The notes under the pieces: model-generated
Told to the model about the DNA's origin: nothing
Databases searched by the model: none
Seen by the model: only the letters and a program-made list of their open reading frames with translations
In this document: positions 28,065-36,601 of the stretch, piece by piece
Layout: the number at the start of each line of letters is the position of its first letter
How positions within the stretch are numbered: position 1 is the first letter of the stretch
Assembly: GCA_016297535.1 (NCBI GenBank)
Contig: JAEDGL010000001.1
Location: 1,078 to 65,077 of the forward strand
Source: Clostridia bacterium
Lineage (GTDB): Bacteria > Bacillota > Clostridia > Christensenellales > Aristaeellaceae
Direction of reading: 5' to 3'
DNA: 64,000 nucleotides
Translations under genes and position numbers: made by a program

Positions 28065-29267
28065 ATGCGAATCTTCCAGCTAAACACCTTCTGCGGCGTA
28101 AAAAGCACGGGCCGCATTGCTGGTGAAATAGCCAAACTGGTACAAGCGGATGGGGGAGAGTGCCGCATCGGCTATGGCGTTCCCGGAATATCGGCCGATT
28201 CGCAAAGGTTTGCCCTGCGAATTGGCACACCGGCCGGGCGCAAAGTGCACGCCGCGCTTCGCAAGCTTTTTGATGCAGAAGGCTACGGTAGTCTGATGGC
28301 AACCGTCAGACTGATCGGCGAAATGGAAAGGTTTCAGCCGGATCTGATTCAATTGCACAATGTACATGGCTGCTATTTGCATCTGCCCACGCTGTTTCGT
28401 TATTTTCAGAAGAAAGATCTTCCCATTGTGTGGACACTGCATGATTGCTGGCCGTTCACGGGACATTGTGCATATTTTGATTATGCTGGCTGTGAGCGTT
28501 GGAAAACGCAGTGCCATCATTGCCCGCAGCAGAAAAGCTATCCGGTTTGCATCGGCCTGGATGGATCAAAACGCAATCACCGTATGAAGCAAAAGTTCTT
28601 TTCCATGCCGCGTAGAATGACCTTTGTGGCTCCCTGCGAATGGATGGCCGGTCATGTAAAGGATTCTTACTTGGCGAAGTATCCTGTAAAAGTGATTGTT
28701 AACGGCGTCAATCTAAAGGTTTTTCATCCTGTTCAAAGCGATATTCGCATACGTTACGGGCTGCAGAACAAACGGCTTTGTCTTTCCGTGGCTTCCGAGT
28801 GGGATCAGCGCAAAGGATTGCCCTTTTTGCTGGAAGCGGCCCAAAGAATGGGGGAGAGCTATACCTTTGTTGTCATAGGACTAAACGATGAACAGCTGAC
28901 CTCGCTGCCGTCCAATATGCTTGGCATCCGGCATACGGCGGATACAGCGGAATTGGCCGCCTGGTACACTGCGGCAGATTGCTTGGTTAACCCAACCCTG
29001 GAGGATAATATGCCCATGGTCAATCTGGAAGCGCTTGCCTGTGGAACGCCGGTGGTTGTCTTCGAAACAGGCGGATGTCCTGAAGCGATTGATCAAAGCT
29101 GCGGCATGGTTGTACCCAAAGGAGATCTACAGGCGCTGTTCGCCGCGGTTGAAACGGCGGCGAATGGTGCGTTTAAACCCCAGAACTGCATTGCCCGGGC
29201 ACAGCGATTTGACTGTGAACATACATTCCAAAACTATCTGGCGCTATATAAGGAGCTTGTATCATGA
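28065..29267 (+). CDS. glycosyltransferase (GT4/GT1 fold) with Cys-rich insert
   Basis: 400 aa. ...WTLHDCWPFTGHCAYFDYAGCERWKTQCHHCP... and C-terminal ...NPTLEDNMPMVNLEALACGTPVV... (E-x7-E region). Starts 2 nt after the previous stop. Confidence 0.85.
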   Translation: MRIFQLNTFCGVKSTGRIAGEIAKLVQADGGECRIGYGVPGISADSQRFALRIGTPAGRKVHAALRKLFDAEGYGSLMATVRLIGEMERFQPDLIQLHNVHGCYLHLPTLFRYFQKKDLPIVWTLHDCWPFTGHCAYFDYAGCERWKTQCHHCPQQKSYPVCIGLDGSKRNHRMKQKFFSMPRRMTFVAPCEWMAGHVKDSYLAKYPVKVIVNGVNLKVFHPVQSDIRIRYGLQNKRLCLSVASEWDQRKGLPFLLEAAQRMGESYTFVVIGLNDEQLTSLPSNMLGIRHTADTAELAAWYTAADCLVNPTLEDNMPMVNLEALACGTPVVVFETGGCPEAIDQSCGMVVPKGDLQALFAAVETAANGAFKPQNCIARAQRFDCEHTFQNYLALYKELVS

Positions 29268-30466
29268 ACGTCCTGATGATGACGCTTATGTACCCGCAGG
29301 ATCAGATGGATGAAGTGACGGCGAATGCCAAGGATAAGCTGCAAAACCAGATTAACAGCTACCAGCGCGCTTTCATCCAGGGCATTCAGCTAAATCTTGA
29401 GCCTTCCGAACAGCTGGAGATTGTAAACTGTCTGCCGGTGGGCGTTTTTCCTTGCCAATACCGCAAGCTTTTGCTAAAATCCGGCGTTCATGATGATGGG
29501 ACAATCCATCAGCTGGGCTGCATCAATCTGCCTTGGTTCAAACAAAAGGGACGTGCGGCAGTCGCTGTACGTGCGGTGGAGGCATGGGCTGCCCGGGATC
29601 CGGAAAACCGTACCGTTCTGGTTTATACGCAGTATCTGCCATATATGCAGGCATTGCATAGGGTCAAAAAACGTTTTCCGGATCTCAAAGTGGCCGTTAT
29701 TGTAACGGATCTGCCCAATGAAATGGGGCTGGCAACAGGCCGAAAAGGAATCCGAAAGCAGCTGGAAACCAAAATGGGACAAAAAAGCCTCGCTCTGCTG
29801 CGAGAGATGGATGGGTTTGTCCTTTTAACGGCACCGATGGCTGATGCACTTTGCATTCACGAAAAGCCGACGGAAATCATCGAGGGATTGATTCTTTCTG
29901 ATGACCAGCAAACGCACGGCGGTGAAAACGCATCAGAAAAGCCCGTTTTCCTCTATACGGGAACATTGGAAAGCGAGCTTGGAGTACCCGAAATGCTGGC
30001 TGCTTTTGAACAGATGCCGGAGTATGAATTGTGGATTTGCGGCCACGGAAACATGGCCGTTCAAGTGGAGCAATACGCAAAACGCTGTGCAAATATCCGT
30101 TTTTTGGGATTTGTTCCACAGCAGCAAGCGCTGGCCATGCAGGCCAGCGCTACGGCGTTACTTAATCCCCGTCAACCCAGCGGACTATTCACAAGATATT
30201 CTTTTCCAAGCAAAACATTAGAATACATGCGTTCCGGCAAGCCGGTTTTATGCTGCCGTCTGGAAGGTATACCTGCTGATTACAATCCTTACCTTCGTTA
30301 TATGCCCGAAGGTGCCGACGGCATCGTGCAAGCGGTTCGCGCGCTTATGGCGCTTTCCGCCGAGGAGAGGGAGCGTTTGGGGAAGGAAGCAAGGAACTAT
30401 GTATTGCAGCATAAAAATCCCCAAAAACAGTGTGAAAAACTACTTCTCCTGCTGCGCAGGCTTTGA
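29264..30466 (+). CDS. glycosyltransferase (GT4-like)
   Basis: 400 aa, ATGA overlap with the upstream GT. C-terminal ...FPSKTLEYMRSGKPVLC... matches the GT-B nucleotide-sugar binding region. Confidence 0.8.
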   Translation: MNVLMMTLMYPQDQMDEVTANAKDKLQNQINSYQRAFIQGIQLNLEPSEQLEIVNCLPVGVFPCQYRKLLLKSGVHDDGTIHQLGCINLPWFKQKGRAAVAVRAVEAWAARDPENRTVLVYTQYLPYMQALHRVKKRFPDLKVAVIVTDLPNEMGLATGRKGIRKQLETKMGQKSLALLREMDGFVLLTAPMADALCIHEKPTEIIEGLILSDDQQTHGGENASEKPVFLYTGTLESELGVPEMLAAFEQMPEYELWICGHGNMAVQVEQYAKRCANIRFLGFVPQQQALAMQASATALLNPRQPSGLFTRYSFPSKTLEYMRSGKPVLCCRLEGIPADYNPYLRYMPEGADGIVQAVRALMALSAEERERLGKEARNYVLQHKNPQKQCEKLLLLLRRL

Positions 30467-30781
30467 GGAATAGCGTTTCGATTGCAACTCAGCCTGTTTT
30501 AAGCGTGCAATCACAGCGTCATATTGGGCATGCCTTGTCTTTTGATAATCAGGCGGAAGCACTCTGGGCACCTCAGGAGGCGGCTGTGGCCGGTCGGATT
30601 CATAAACTTGCGCCGCCTGCGAAGCAGGCTTTTCCGTTACGGAGCTGGTTTGTTCCGCTTTTTCCAAAGCGTTATCCAAGGGAAGTTCCACATAGGGCAG
30701 TCTGATGCTCTGATACTCCAGCCACCGAATCTGCTTTTCCGCTCCTGTTAACGCCGCGAAGGGGGAGAGCTGCTTACTCAT
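30440..30781 (-). CDS. hypothetical protein (113 aa, Pro/Gln-rich centre)
   Basis: ATG 30781 lies 7 nt after GGAGGG. I recognise no family. It overlaps the convergent GT gene by 27 nt. Confidence 0.5.
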   Translation of the reverse strand: MSKQLSPFAALTGAEKQIRWLEYQSIRLPYVELPLDNALEKAEQTSSVTEKPASQAAQVYESDRPQPPPEVPRVLPPDYQKTRHAQYDAVIARLKQAELQSKRYSSKPAQQEK

Positions 30782-30850
30782 CGGGATCCCTCCAAATATC
30801 TGTTTTCATTTGATCATACGTTGAGCACAGGAAAATGTGCAAAAACAAAA

Positions 30851-30885
30851 AGACCCCGCCACAAGCGAGCTCTTTTTTGTTTTTG
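30851..30885. terminator. imperfect hairpin terminator after mgtC
   Basis: AGACCCCGC, loop cacaa, GCGAGCTCT (one mismatch, one G-U), flanked by an A run and TTTTTTGTTTTT. Confidence 0.5.
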
Positions 30886-30887
30886 CA

Positions 30888-31580
30888 TCAGGTATTCCGA
30901 GTGCGAATGCCCTGAATGTTGGCATATTCCGAAAGCTTGTTCACGATATCCTTATAGGTGGTTTTTCCTGGCATATCCAGTGTATAAATGTTGGTATAAA
31001 GGTTGTATTTTCCTTTGTTTTCAACATGAAAATCAATATCTAGCACTTTAACGCCGATGCTTTGGAAGTAGTCATTGATAAACGCAATTGTTTCAACACG
31101 GTGGATAAACTTGACTTCAACATGCTTAACCGCATTTACGCGAACCACGCGCTGCAACAGGGACAGGGTGATGATCACAATTGCACAGCCTGCGACGGCT
31201 ATCAGATAATACCCCATGCCAACAGCCAGTCCAAGGCAGGCCACGTTCCAGAGCGATGCCGCGGTTGTCAAGCCCGCAATTTTTTTTTGACTGATGAAAA
31301 TGGTGCCAGCGCCAAGAAAACCAATTCCGCTGATTACCTGTGCGCTGATGCGGCCATAGCTGATGGCAATACCCGTATTTTGCGCATTCATGTTTAAGTT
31401 TAAGCTAAGAGTATCCGAGATCATCAGGCTTTCCATCAGCGCAATGATAGAAGCGCCAACGCAAACCAGGACATGCGTACGCATGCCAGCAGGACGGTTT
31501 TTACGTTCGCGTTCAATGCCTATGATGCAGCCAATCACAACGGCCAGCAGCAGGCGCAAGCCCTGTTCCCACAAAGACAT
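30888..31580 (-). CDS. mgtC: MgtC/SapB family membrane protein
   Basis: 230 aa. LLLAVVIGCIIGIERERKNRPAGMRTHVLVCVGASI signature. AAGGAG RBS. Confidence 0.9.
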   Translation of the reverse strand: MSLWEQGLRLLLAVVIGCIIGIERERKNRPAGMRTHVLVCVGASIIALMESLMISDTLSLNLNMNAQNTGIAISYGRISAQVISGIGFLGAGTIFISQKKIAGLTTAASLWNVACLGLAVGMGYYLIAVAGCAIVIITLSLLQRVVRVNAVKHVEVKFIHRVETIAFINDYFQSIGVKVLDIDFHVENKGKYNLYTNIYTLDMPGKTTYKDIVNKLSEYANIQGIRTRNT

Positions 31581-31606
31581 ACCCGTTCAGCTCCTTCAAT
31601 GCGGCG

Positions 31607-32218
31607 TTAATAAAAACGATATAGCGAAACAACCTTGCCCAGAATGGTCAGCTCCGGCACGATGATCGGCTCCATGGTTGGGTTTTCGGGCTGTAGCCGG
31701 AACACGCCGTTTTCTTTGTAAAAGCGTTTAACGGTCGCTTCATCATCAATCATGGCGATCACAATATCTCCGTTGTCCGCCGTACTTTGCTTGCGTACAA
31801 TTACATAGTCGCCATCCAGAATGCCGGCGTCTATCATACTTTCACCGCGTACAGATAGAATGAAATGATCGCCAGAGCCGATCATGGCTTGCGGCAAAGC
31901 AATATAGTCTTCAATGTTTTCTGTTGCGGTAATGGGAATGCCAGCCGTTACGCGCCCTACAACCGGCACCTGAACCATATCCGCGCGGTACGCCTGATGA
32001 TCCGCAGGCACAGAAATCGCCCGCGGTTTCATGGAGTCGCGGTACAAAAGCCCCTTCTTTTCCAGCCGGATCAAATGGCCATGAACCGTTGAGGTACTCT
32101 TGAGACCGGTGGCCTCGCAAATTTCACGAACAGATGGGGGATAACCCTTCTGCAGGGTAGCTTTTTCGATATACGCAAGGATTTTCGCCTGTGTATCTCC
32201 ACGGGAACCAGACATCAC
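31607..32218 (-). CDS. lexA: transcriptional repressor LexA
   Basis: 203 aa. wHTH ([32 protein letters not shown]), Ala-Gly cleavage region GRVTAGIPI, Ser/Lys dyad ([11 protein letters not shown] ... VIVRKQ). Start is GTG 32218 or ATG 32215. Confidence 0.95.
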   Translation of the reverse strand: MMSGSRGDTQAKILAYIEKATLQKGYPPSVREICEATGLKSTSTVHGHLIRLEKKGLLYRDSMKPRAISVPADHQAYRADMVQVPVVGRVTAGIPITATENIEDYIALPQAMIGSGDHFILSVRGESMIDAGILDGDYVIVRKQSTADNGDIVIAMIDDEATVKRFYKENGVFRLQPENPTMEPIIVPELTILGKVVSLYRFY

Positions 32219-32250
32219 ATTTCACCTTCCTCACGCTTTCATTCAATAGT

Positions 32251-32280
32251 AGCATACCATAAAAAAGGGGCAGTTGGCAA
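32251..32280 (-). promoter_or_regulatory. sigma-A promoter with extended -10 for lexA
   Basis: Minus strand: TTGCCA (32280-32275), 18-nt spacer, TGgTATGCT (-10 hexamer 32256-32251). Confidence 0.5.
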
Positions 32281-32287
32281 GAGCTTA

Positions 32288-32301
32288 CGAACAAATGTTT
32301 C
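32288..32301. promoter_or_regulatory. LexA operator (Cheo/SOS box)
   Basis: CGAACAAATGTTTC fits the Firmicute consensus CGAAC-N4-GTTYC. It lies about 70 nt upstream of the lexA start and just upstream of the -35. Confidence 0.7.
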
Positions 32302-33404
32302 TATTTTTCTTCGTTTTCATCATTTTTGGCTGGCAAGTGTACATTTTGCGCGGCTTCACGGCGACGCTGATCGCTCATGGCTGCATAGTGACGGCGCGTC
32401 GTGTTGACATCAGCATGTCCAAGCGCGTCCGCAACCAGATAAATATCTTCTGTTTCGTGGTAAAGCCTTGTGGCATAAGTGCTGCGCAGCTTGTGTGGAC
32501 TCATCCGTTTTTTCAGGGGAACGGCAACGGCACAGTATTTTTTTACCATCATTTGTACTGCGCGCTGCGATATCCTTTTACGCTGCAATGAAAGGAACAG
32601 CGCATTCTCGTCAATTTTATCAGCCGGTTTGACCTGCCTGCGCTCGGTCAGATAATCCTGCAAAGCATCCGCTACTTCCTGGGGATAATACAGGATGACC
32701 TGATTGCCGCCCTTCCGGGTAACAAGCACGGCATTGTTGGCAAAATCCAAATCGGTAATATCGATTCCAACACATTCACTGACACGGATGCCTGTACCCA
32801 GAAACAGCATTAAAATGGCGTAATCACGTTTCCGTGTGTGATTATGAAACTTTTGCTGGGTTTCTGTAAGTTGTGTGCCTTCCTCGGCAATGCTCAATAA
32901 TCGTTCCACCTCGGAACTAACCAAATGCAGGATGGGTTTATCATGTAGCTTTGGCAACGAAACCAGGGCGGCAATGTTGCCGCTAATTCGTTCGGCCTTA
33001 AACAGATAATCAAAATAAGAACGCAGGGAAGATAGCTTTCGCATAACGCCACATTCGTGATTGCGTAAAACCTTTTGCTGCTCAATGGTTTCGCCAATGG
33101 AGGCATCTTTGTAATACAGCGTCAGATAATCGGCATATCCGTTTAAATCGCGTGCCGTAAAATGGGAAAGATCTTCATCCGTCCAATTCTCAGGCGATTT
33201 TTCGGAGAAATACGGAATCTCCTTTGTTGCATAGCCACAAAACGTCTGTAAATCGATCGTGTATGCCATTCGAGTTAGAATGCTGGTTGTCATGGCAATG
33301 CTGTTGATAAAATCCGAACACGATGACGGCAGCGTTCGAAGCATGGTGCGTATCTTTTCCATTCGTTCGGTGTTCAGCTGCTCCACATAGGTTAGATTGG
33401 CCAT
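32301..33404 (-). CDS. site-specific tyrosine recombinase (XerC/XerD family)
   Basis: ORF reaches 33530. ATG 33404 follows GGCAAGGAGA. Catalytic residues appear in ...LGTGIRVSE..., ...SPHKLRSTYAT... and ...LGHADVNTTRRHY... Confidence 0.85.
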   Translation of the reverse strand: MANLTYVEQLNTERMEKIRTMLRTLPSSCSDFINSIAMTTSILTRMAYTIDLQTFCGYATKEIPYFSEKSPENWTDEDLSHFTARDLNGYADYLTLYYKDASIGETIEQQKVLRNHECGVMRKLSSLRSYFDYLFKAERISGNIAALVSLPKLHDKPILHLVSSEVERLLSIAEEGTQLTETQQKFHNHTRKRDYAILMLFLGTGIRVSECVGIDITDLDFANNAVLVTRKGGNQVILYYPQEVADALQDYLTERRQVKPADKIDENALFLSLQRKRISQRAVQMMVKKYCAVAVPLKKRMSPHKLRSTYATRLYHETEDIYLVADALGHADVNTTRRHYAAMSDQRRREAAQNVHLPAKNDENEEK

Positions 33405-33441
33405 AGCGGGTCTCCTTGCCTGAATTCCTGTTTTGGATATC

Positions 33442-33477
33442 AAACTATTCGTAAAAGTATTCTTTAGCGAATAGTTT
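33442..33477. repeat. perfect 10-bp inverted repeat upstream of the recombinase gene (candidate operator)
   Basis: AAACTATTCG (33442-33451) and CGAATAGTTT (33468-33477), 16-nt spacer, 38-73 nt upstream of ATG 33404. Confidence 0.5.
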
Positions 33478-33519
33478 AAGAATAAGATACACCCCTTTCC
33501 CATTTTTGTCAAGAGAGAA

Positions 33520-33553
33520 TCAAAAATCACCAGACAAATTGCTTTGCTGGTGA
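33520..33553 (-). terminator. intrinsic terminator after rnhA
   Basis: Minus strand: TCACCAG + CAAA, loop gcaa, TTTG + CTGGTGA (one bulge), followed by TTTTTG. Confidence 0.65.
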
Positions 33554-33560
33554 AATGCTT

Positions 33561-34076
33561 TTATTTTTTTTCGGCAACTGGCGGCCTGGACTCTTCATCC
33601 TTCTCGCCATTCAAGCGGCGATATTCTCTGATCGCGGATGTTGCCAATTCATCACAGCGATTGTTCCAGGGATTATCCGCATGCCCCTTTACCTTATGAA
33701 AATGAACCTCGTGCTTTTTGATCCGAATGATCTGCAGCAGCAGCTTCCAAAGATCGCTGTTTTCAACCGGCTGCTTTTTGCTGTTTACCCACCCATTCCG
33801 CTGCCAGTTATCCAGCCAATGATCATTAAAGGCATTCACCGTATATGCAGAATCCGAATACACTTCTACGATACAGGGCTCCTTTAAAGCGCCAAGGCCG
33901 CTAATGACAGCGAAAATTTCCATGCGATTGTTGGTAGTATTCGGCATGTGGCCGGATAGCTCCTTGGTTTTTCCATTGTAATTGAGTATGCAGCCCCACC
34001 CTCCGGGACCGGGGTTGCCGGAGCATGCGCCATCCGTATAGAGCTGAACAATACGTTTTTTTTGAATTTCACTCAT
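33561..34076 (-). CDS. rnhA: ribonuclease HI
   Basis: 171 aa. LYTDGACSGNPGPGGWGCIL...NNRMEIFAV...SDSAY... contains the catalytic DEDD residues. The start codon abuts the proC stop. Confidence 0.9.
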   Translation of the reverse strand: MSEIQKKRIVQLYTDGACSGNPGPGGWGCILNYNGKTKELSGHMPNTTNNRMEIFAVISGLGALKEPCIVEVYSDSAYTVNAFNDHWLDNWQRNGWVNSKKQPVENSDLWKLLLQIIRIKKHEVHFHKVKGHADNPWNNRCDELATSAIREYRRLNGEKDEESRPPVAEKK

Positions 34077-34892
34077 TTATTTGGAGCTCCCCTGTGTCAT
34101 CTGTTTGCTTTTTTCAGCACAGGCAGTCATTGCTTTCATCACAGCACCGCGCAGACCGCTTTCTTCAAGAGATTGTACCGCTTCGATGGTTGTTCCGCCA
34201 GGCGAACAAACCTGATCCTTCAGCACTGCAGGATGCAATTTGGTTTCCAATACCATTTTAGCAGAACCCATTACCGCCTGTGCGGCACATTCGATGGCCA
34301 TTTGCCTTGGCATTCCCAGCCTTACAGCGGCGTCCGCCATAGCCTCGATAAACATGAATACATACGCGGGGCTGCTGCCGCTTACAGCAATGACAGCATC
34401 CATCAGCCGTTCCGGAATGATCTGCACAACGCCGAGGGTTGAAAACAGGCTCTTTGCCCATTGGAAGGCATCTGCATCCAGCGTTGTTTCCTCGCAAAGA
34501 GCGATCAACCCTTCCCCCAACAAAGCAGGCGTATTGGGCATAACGCGCAGAAGCTTAACGCCATTCTCCCCCATTGCATCCATCAGCATTCGCATGGACC
34601 AGCCGGCCGCAATCGAAATCACTTTTTGATTTTGATGGAGGAAGGGAGTGATTTCTGTTAATACGTCAGCCAAAAAAACAGGCTTTACTGCCAGCACAAT
34701 CCATTCGCAGTTCTGTGCAAGCTCCGCATTGCTTGCCGCAACTTTGATGTGATCGCTCTGATTCCATTTTGAACACAAATCGGTATTCACATCAGAAATC
34801 ATGATCTCTTCCGGCTTCAGAAACTGCTTTGCAAGCGCACCCTTCAGAATGGCTCCACCCATGTTGCCTGCGCCAATAAACCCAATTTTCAT
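34077..34892 (-). CDS. proC: pyrroline-5-carboxylate reductase
   Basis: ATG 34892 (MKIGFIGAGNMGGAILKG) follows GGGGGAGAG. NAD(P)-binding fold plus the P5CR C-terminal dimerisation domain. Confidence 0.9.
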   Translation of the reverse strand: MKIGFIGAGNMGGAILKGALAKQFLKPEEIMISDVNTDLCSKWNQSDHIKVAASNAELAQNCEWIVLAVKPVFLADVLTEITPFLHQNQKVISIAAGWSMRMLMDAMGENGVKLLRVMPNTPALLGEGLIALCEETTLDADAFQWAKSLFSTLGVVQIIPERLMDAVIAVSGSSPAYVFMFIEAMADAAVRLGMPRQMAIECAAQAVMGSAKMVLETKLHPAVLKDQVCSPGGTTIEAVQSLEESGLRGAVMKAMTACAEKSKQMTQGSSK

Positions 34893-34912
34893 GTTTCTCT
34901 CCCCCATCTAAG

Positions 34913-34943
34913 CAAAAACGCGGCGGACATGCCGTCCGCCGCG
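34913..34943 (-). terminator. strong intrinsic terminator between rnfB and proC
   Basis: Minus strand: CGCGGCGGAC, loop ggcat, GTCCGCCGCG (10 bp, all G-C or A-U), followed by TTTTTG. It ends about 21 nt before the proC ATG. Confidence 0.8.
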
Positions 34944-34954
34944 CTCCATATTTG

Positions 34955-36007
34955 TTATTCCTTGGGAACAGCAGGCTGCACAGGCGTTGTGCCAACCTTG
35001 GCATTTTCATCGCGCGCATGCTCGCGTACGTGCATGGAAATGGCCTTCTTGGGACACTTTTGAGCGCAGGCGCCGCAGCCGGTGCAGGCTTCGTTTACTT
35101 CATGCACTTGCTTAAGAACGCCGGAAATCGCGTCAAACTTGCAGGTGCGCTTGCAAATCGTACAGCCGATGCACAGATCACGATCGATTTCGGCAATCAG
35201 ACGATTTTCAAAATCGCCCCACATGGAGCCATTCGGGCAGGATTCGGCGCACATCATGCAGCCTACACACTTGGTTCTGTCGATGACCGGCAAGTGATTT
35301 TCCATGGTGATGGCATCAAACTTGCAGGCATCCTTGCAAATGCCGCAGCCAACACAGCCAATCTTGCAGTTGTCGCTAACCAGATGACCTTCTTCGGCAG
35401 CACGGCAAAGCAGACGAACCGGAACGGTTTCGGGCTGCAGGCTGAGGACGTTCTTGGGGCAAGCGCGTACACACGCACCACAGCCGGTGCACTTTTCAGG
35501 ATCCACATCGGCAATCCCGGTCTTTTCATTGATATGGATGGCATCAAACTTGCAGGCGCGCACACAGGTACCCATGCCAAGGCAGGCATACTTGCAGGCG
35601 CGGTTTCCATCGTTAATCAAAGAAGCGGCAACACAATCATGAATACCGTGGTACTCAAATTTGTTCAGGCAGCGGTCAGAAGAACCCTGGCACACTACCG
35701 TCGCAACATTGCGCACCTGATCGGGAGCTTCCTCCTGACCGAGAATTTTGGCAATTTCACTGGCTACAGCCGCGCCGCCTACAGGACAGGCGTTCGCAGA
35801 CGCAGCGCCGGACGCAATCGCTTCCGCCAGCGCATCGCAGCCGGCAAAGCCGCAACCACCACAGTTTGCGCCCGGCAGCGCATTGCGCACAGCGTCACGC
35901 GTGGGATTGGCGGGCATTTCAAAAACCTTGTTGGCGCACATCAGCAAAATGCCAAAGACAAGACCCAGAGCGCCCAGCACCAAGACGCTAATCAGAATAG
36001 CACTCAT
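34955..36007 (-). CDS. rnfB: electron transport complex subunit RnfB (polyferredoxin type)
   Basis: 350 aa. N-terminal TM helix, CGGCGFAGC cluster motif, then six CxxCxxCxxxC(P/K) ferredoxin motifs. Confidence 0.9.
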   Translation of the reverse strand: MSAILISVLVLGALGLVFGILLMCANKVFEMPANPTRDAVRNALPGANCGGCGFAGCDALAEAIASGAASANACPVGGAAVASEIAKILGQEEAPDQVRNVATVVCQGSSDRCLNKFEYHGIHDCVAASLINDGNRACKYACLGMGTCVRACKFDAIHINEKTGIADVDPEKCTGCGACVRACPKNVLSLQPETVPVRLLCRAAEEGHLVSDNCKIGCVGCGICKDACKFDAITMENHLPVIDRTKCVGCMMCAESCPNGSMWGDFENRLIAEIDRDLCIGCTICKRTCKFDAISGVLKQVHEVNEACTGCGACAQKCPKKAISMHVREHARDENAKVGTTPVQPAVPKE

Positions 36008-36025
36008 TGTTCAGGCACTCCTTTC

Positions 36026-36601
36026 TTAAATCAAACCAGAGAAGCCCTGGAAAGCAAGGGACATCAGACCGGCGGTGATCAACGCGCCAGGAAAGCCATC
36101 CATCCACTTGGGCAGGTTGCTGGCAGACAGACGTTCACGGATGCTTGCAAACAGAACGATAGCAAGCGTGAAGCCCAGCGCGGAGGAAACGCCGTTTACA
36201 ACGGATTCCAGCAAATTGTAGCCCTGACGCGCATTCAGCAGCGCCATGCCCAGCACAGCACAGTTGGTGGTAATCAGCGGCAGATAAACACCCAGCGCCT
36301 GATACAGGGAGGGGCTGATCTTTTTCAGCGCGATCTCAACAATCTGCACAAGTACCGCAATGACCAGAATGAAAGCAATGGTCTGCATATATTCCAGATG
36401 AAGCGGAACCAGCACATATGCCTGAATGAAGTAGGTAAACAAAGCGGCAAGACCCATAACAAAGGTAACCGCCATGCCCATTCCTACAGCCGTTTCCACC
36501 TTTTTGGAAACGCCAAGGAAGGGACAGATGCCCAAAAACTGAGACATAACATAGTTATTGACCAGCACGCTGCCAATAACGATCAGCATAATGTTGCTCA
36601 T
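36026..36601 (-). CDS. rnfA: electron transport complex subunit RnfA
   Basis: 191 aa polytopic protein. ...NNYVMSQFLGICPFLGVS... and ...LPLITTNCAVLG... are NqrE/RnfA signatures. Confidence 0.93.
   Translation of the reverse strand: MSNIMLIVIGSVLVNNYVMSQFLGICPFLGVSKKVETAVGMGMAVTFVMGLAALFTYFIQAYVLVPLHLEYMQTIAFILVIAVLVQIVEIALKKISPSLYQALGVYLPLITTNCAVLGMALLNARQGYNLLESVVNGVSSALGFTLAIVLFASIRERLSASNLPKWMDGFPGALITAGLMSLAFQGFSGLI

Noticed and set aside
32301-33404. Tyrosine recombinase as a marker of an integrated mobile element.
   Set aside because: It is flanked by core genes (lexA, rnhA, proC), with no flanking direct repeats, no excisionase or phage/ICE genes, and no compositional break. It is more consistent with a chromosomal Xer-type recombinase.
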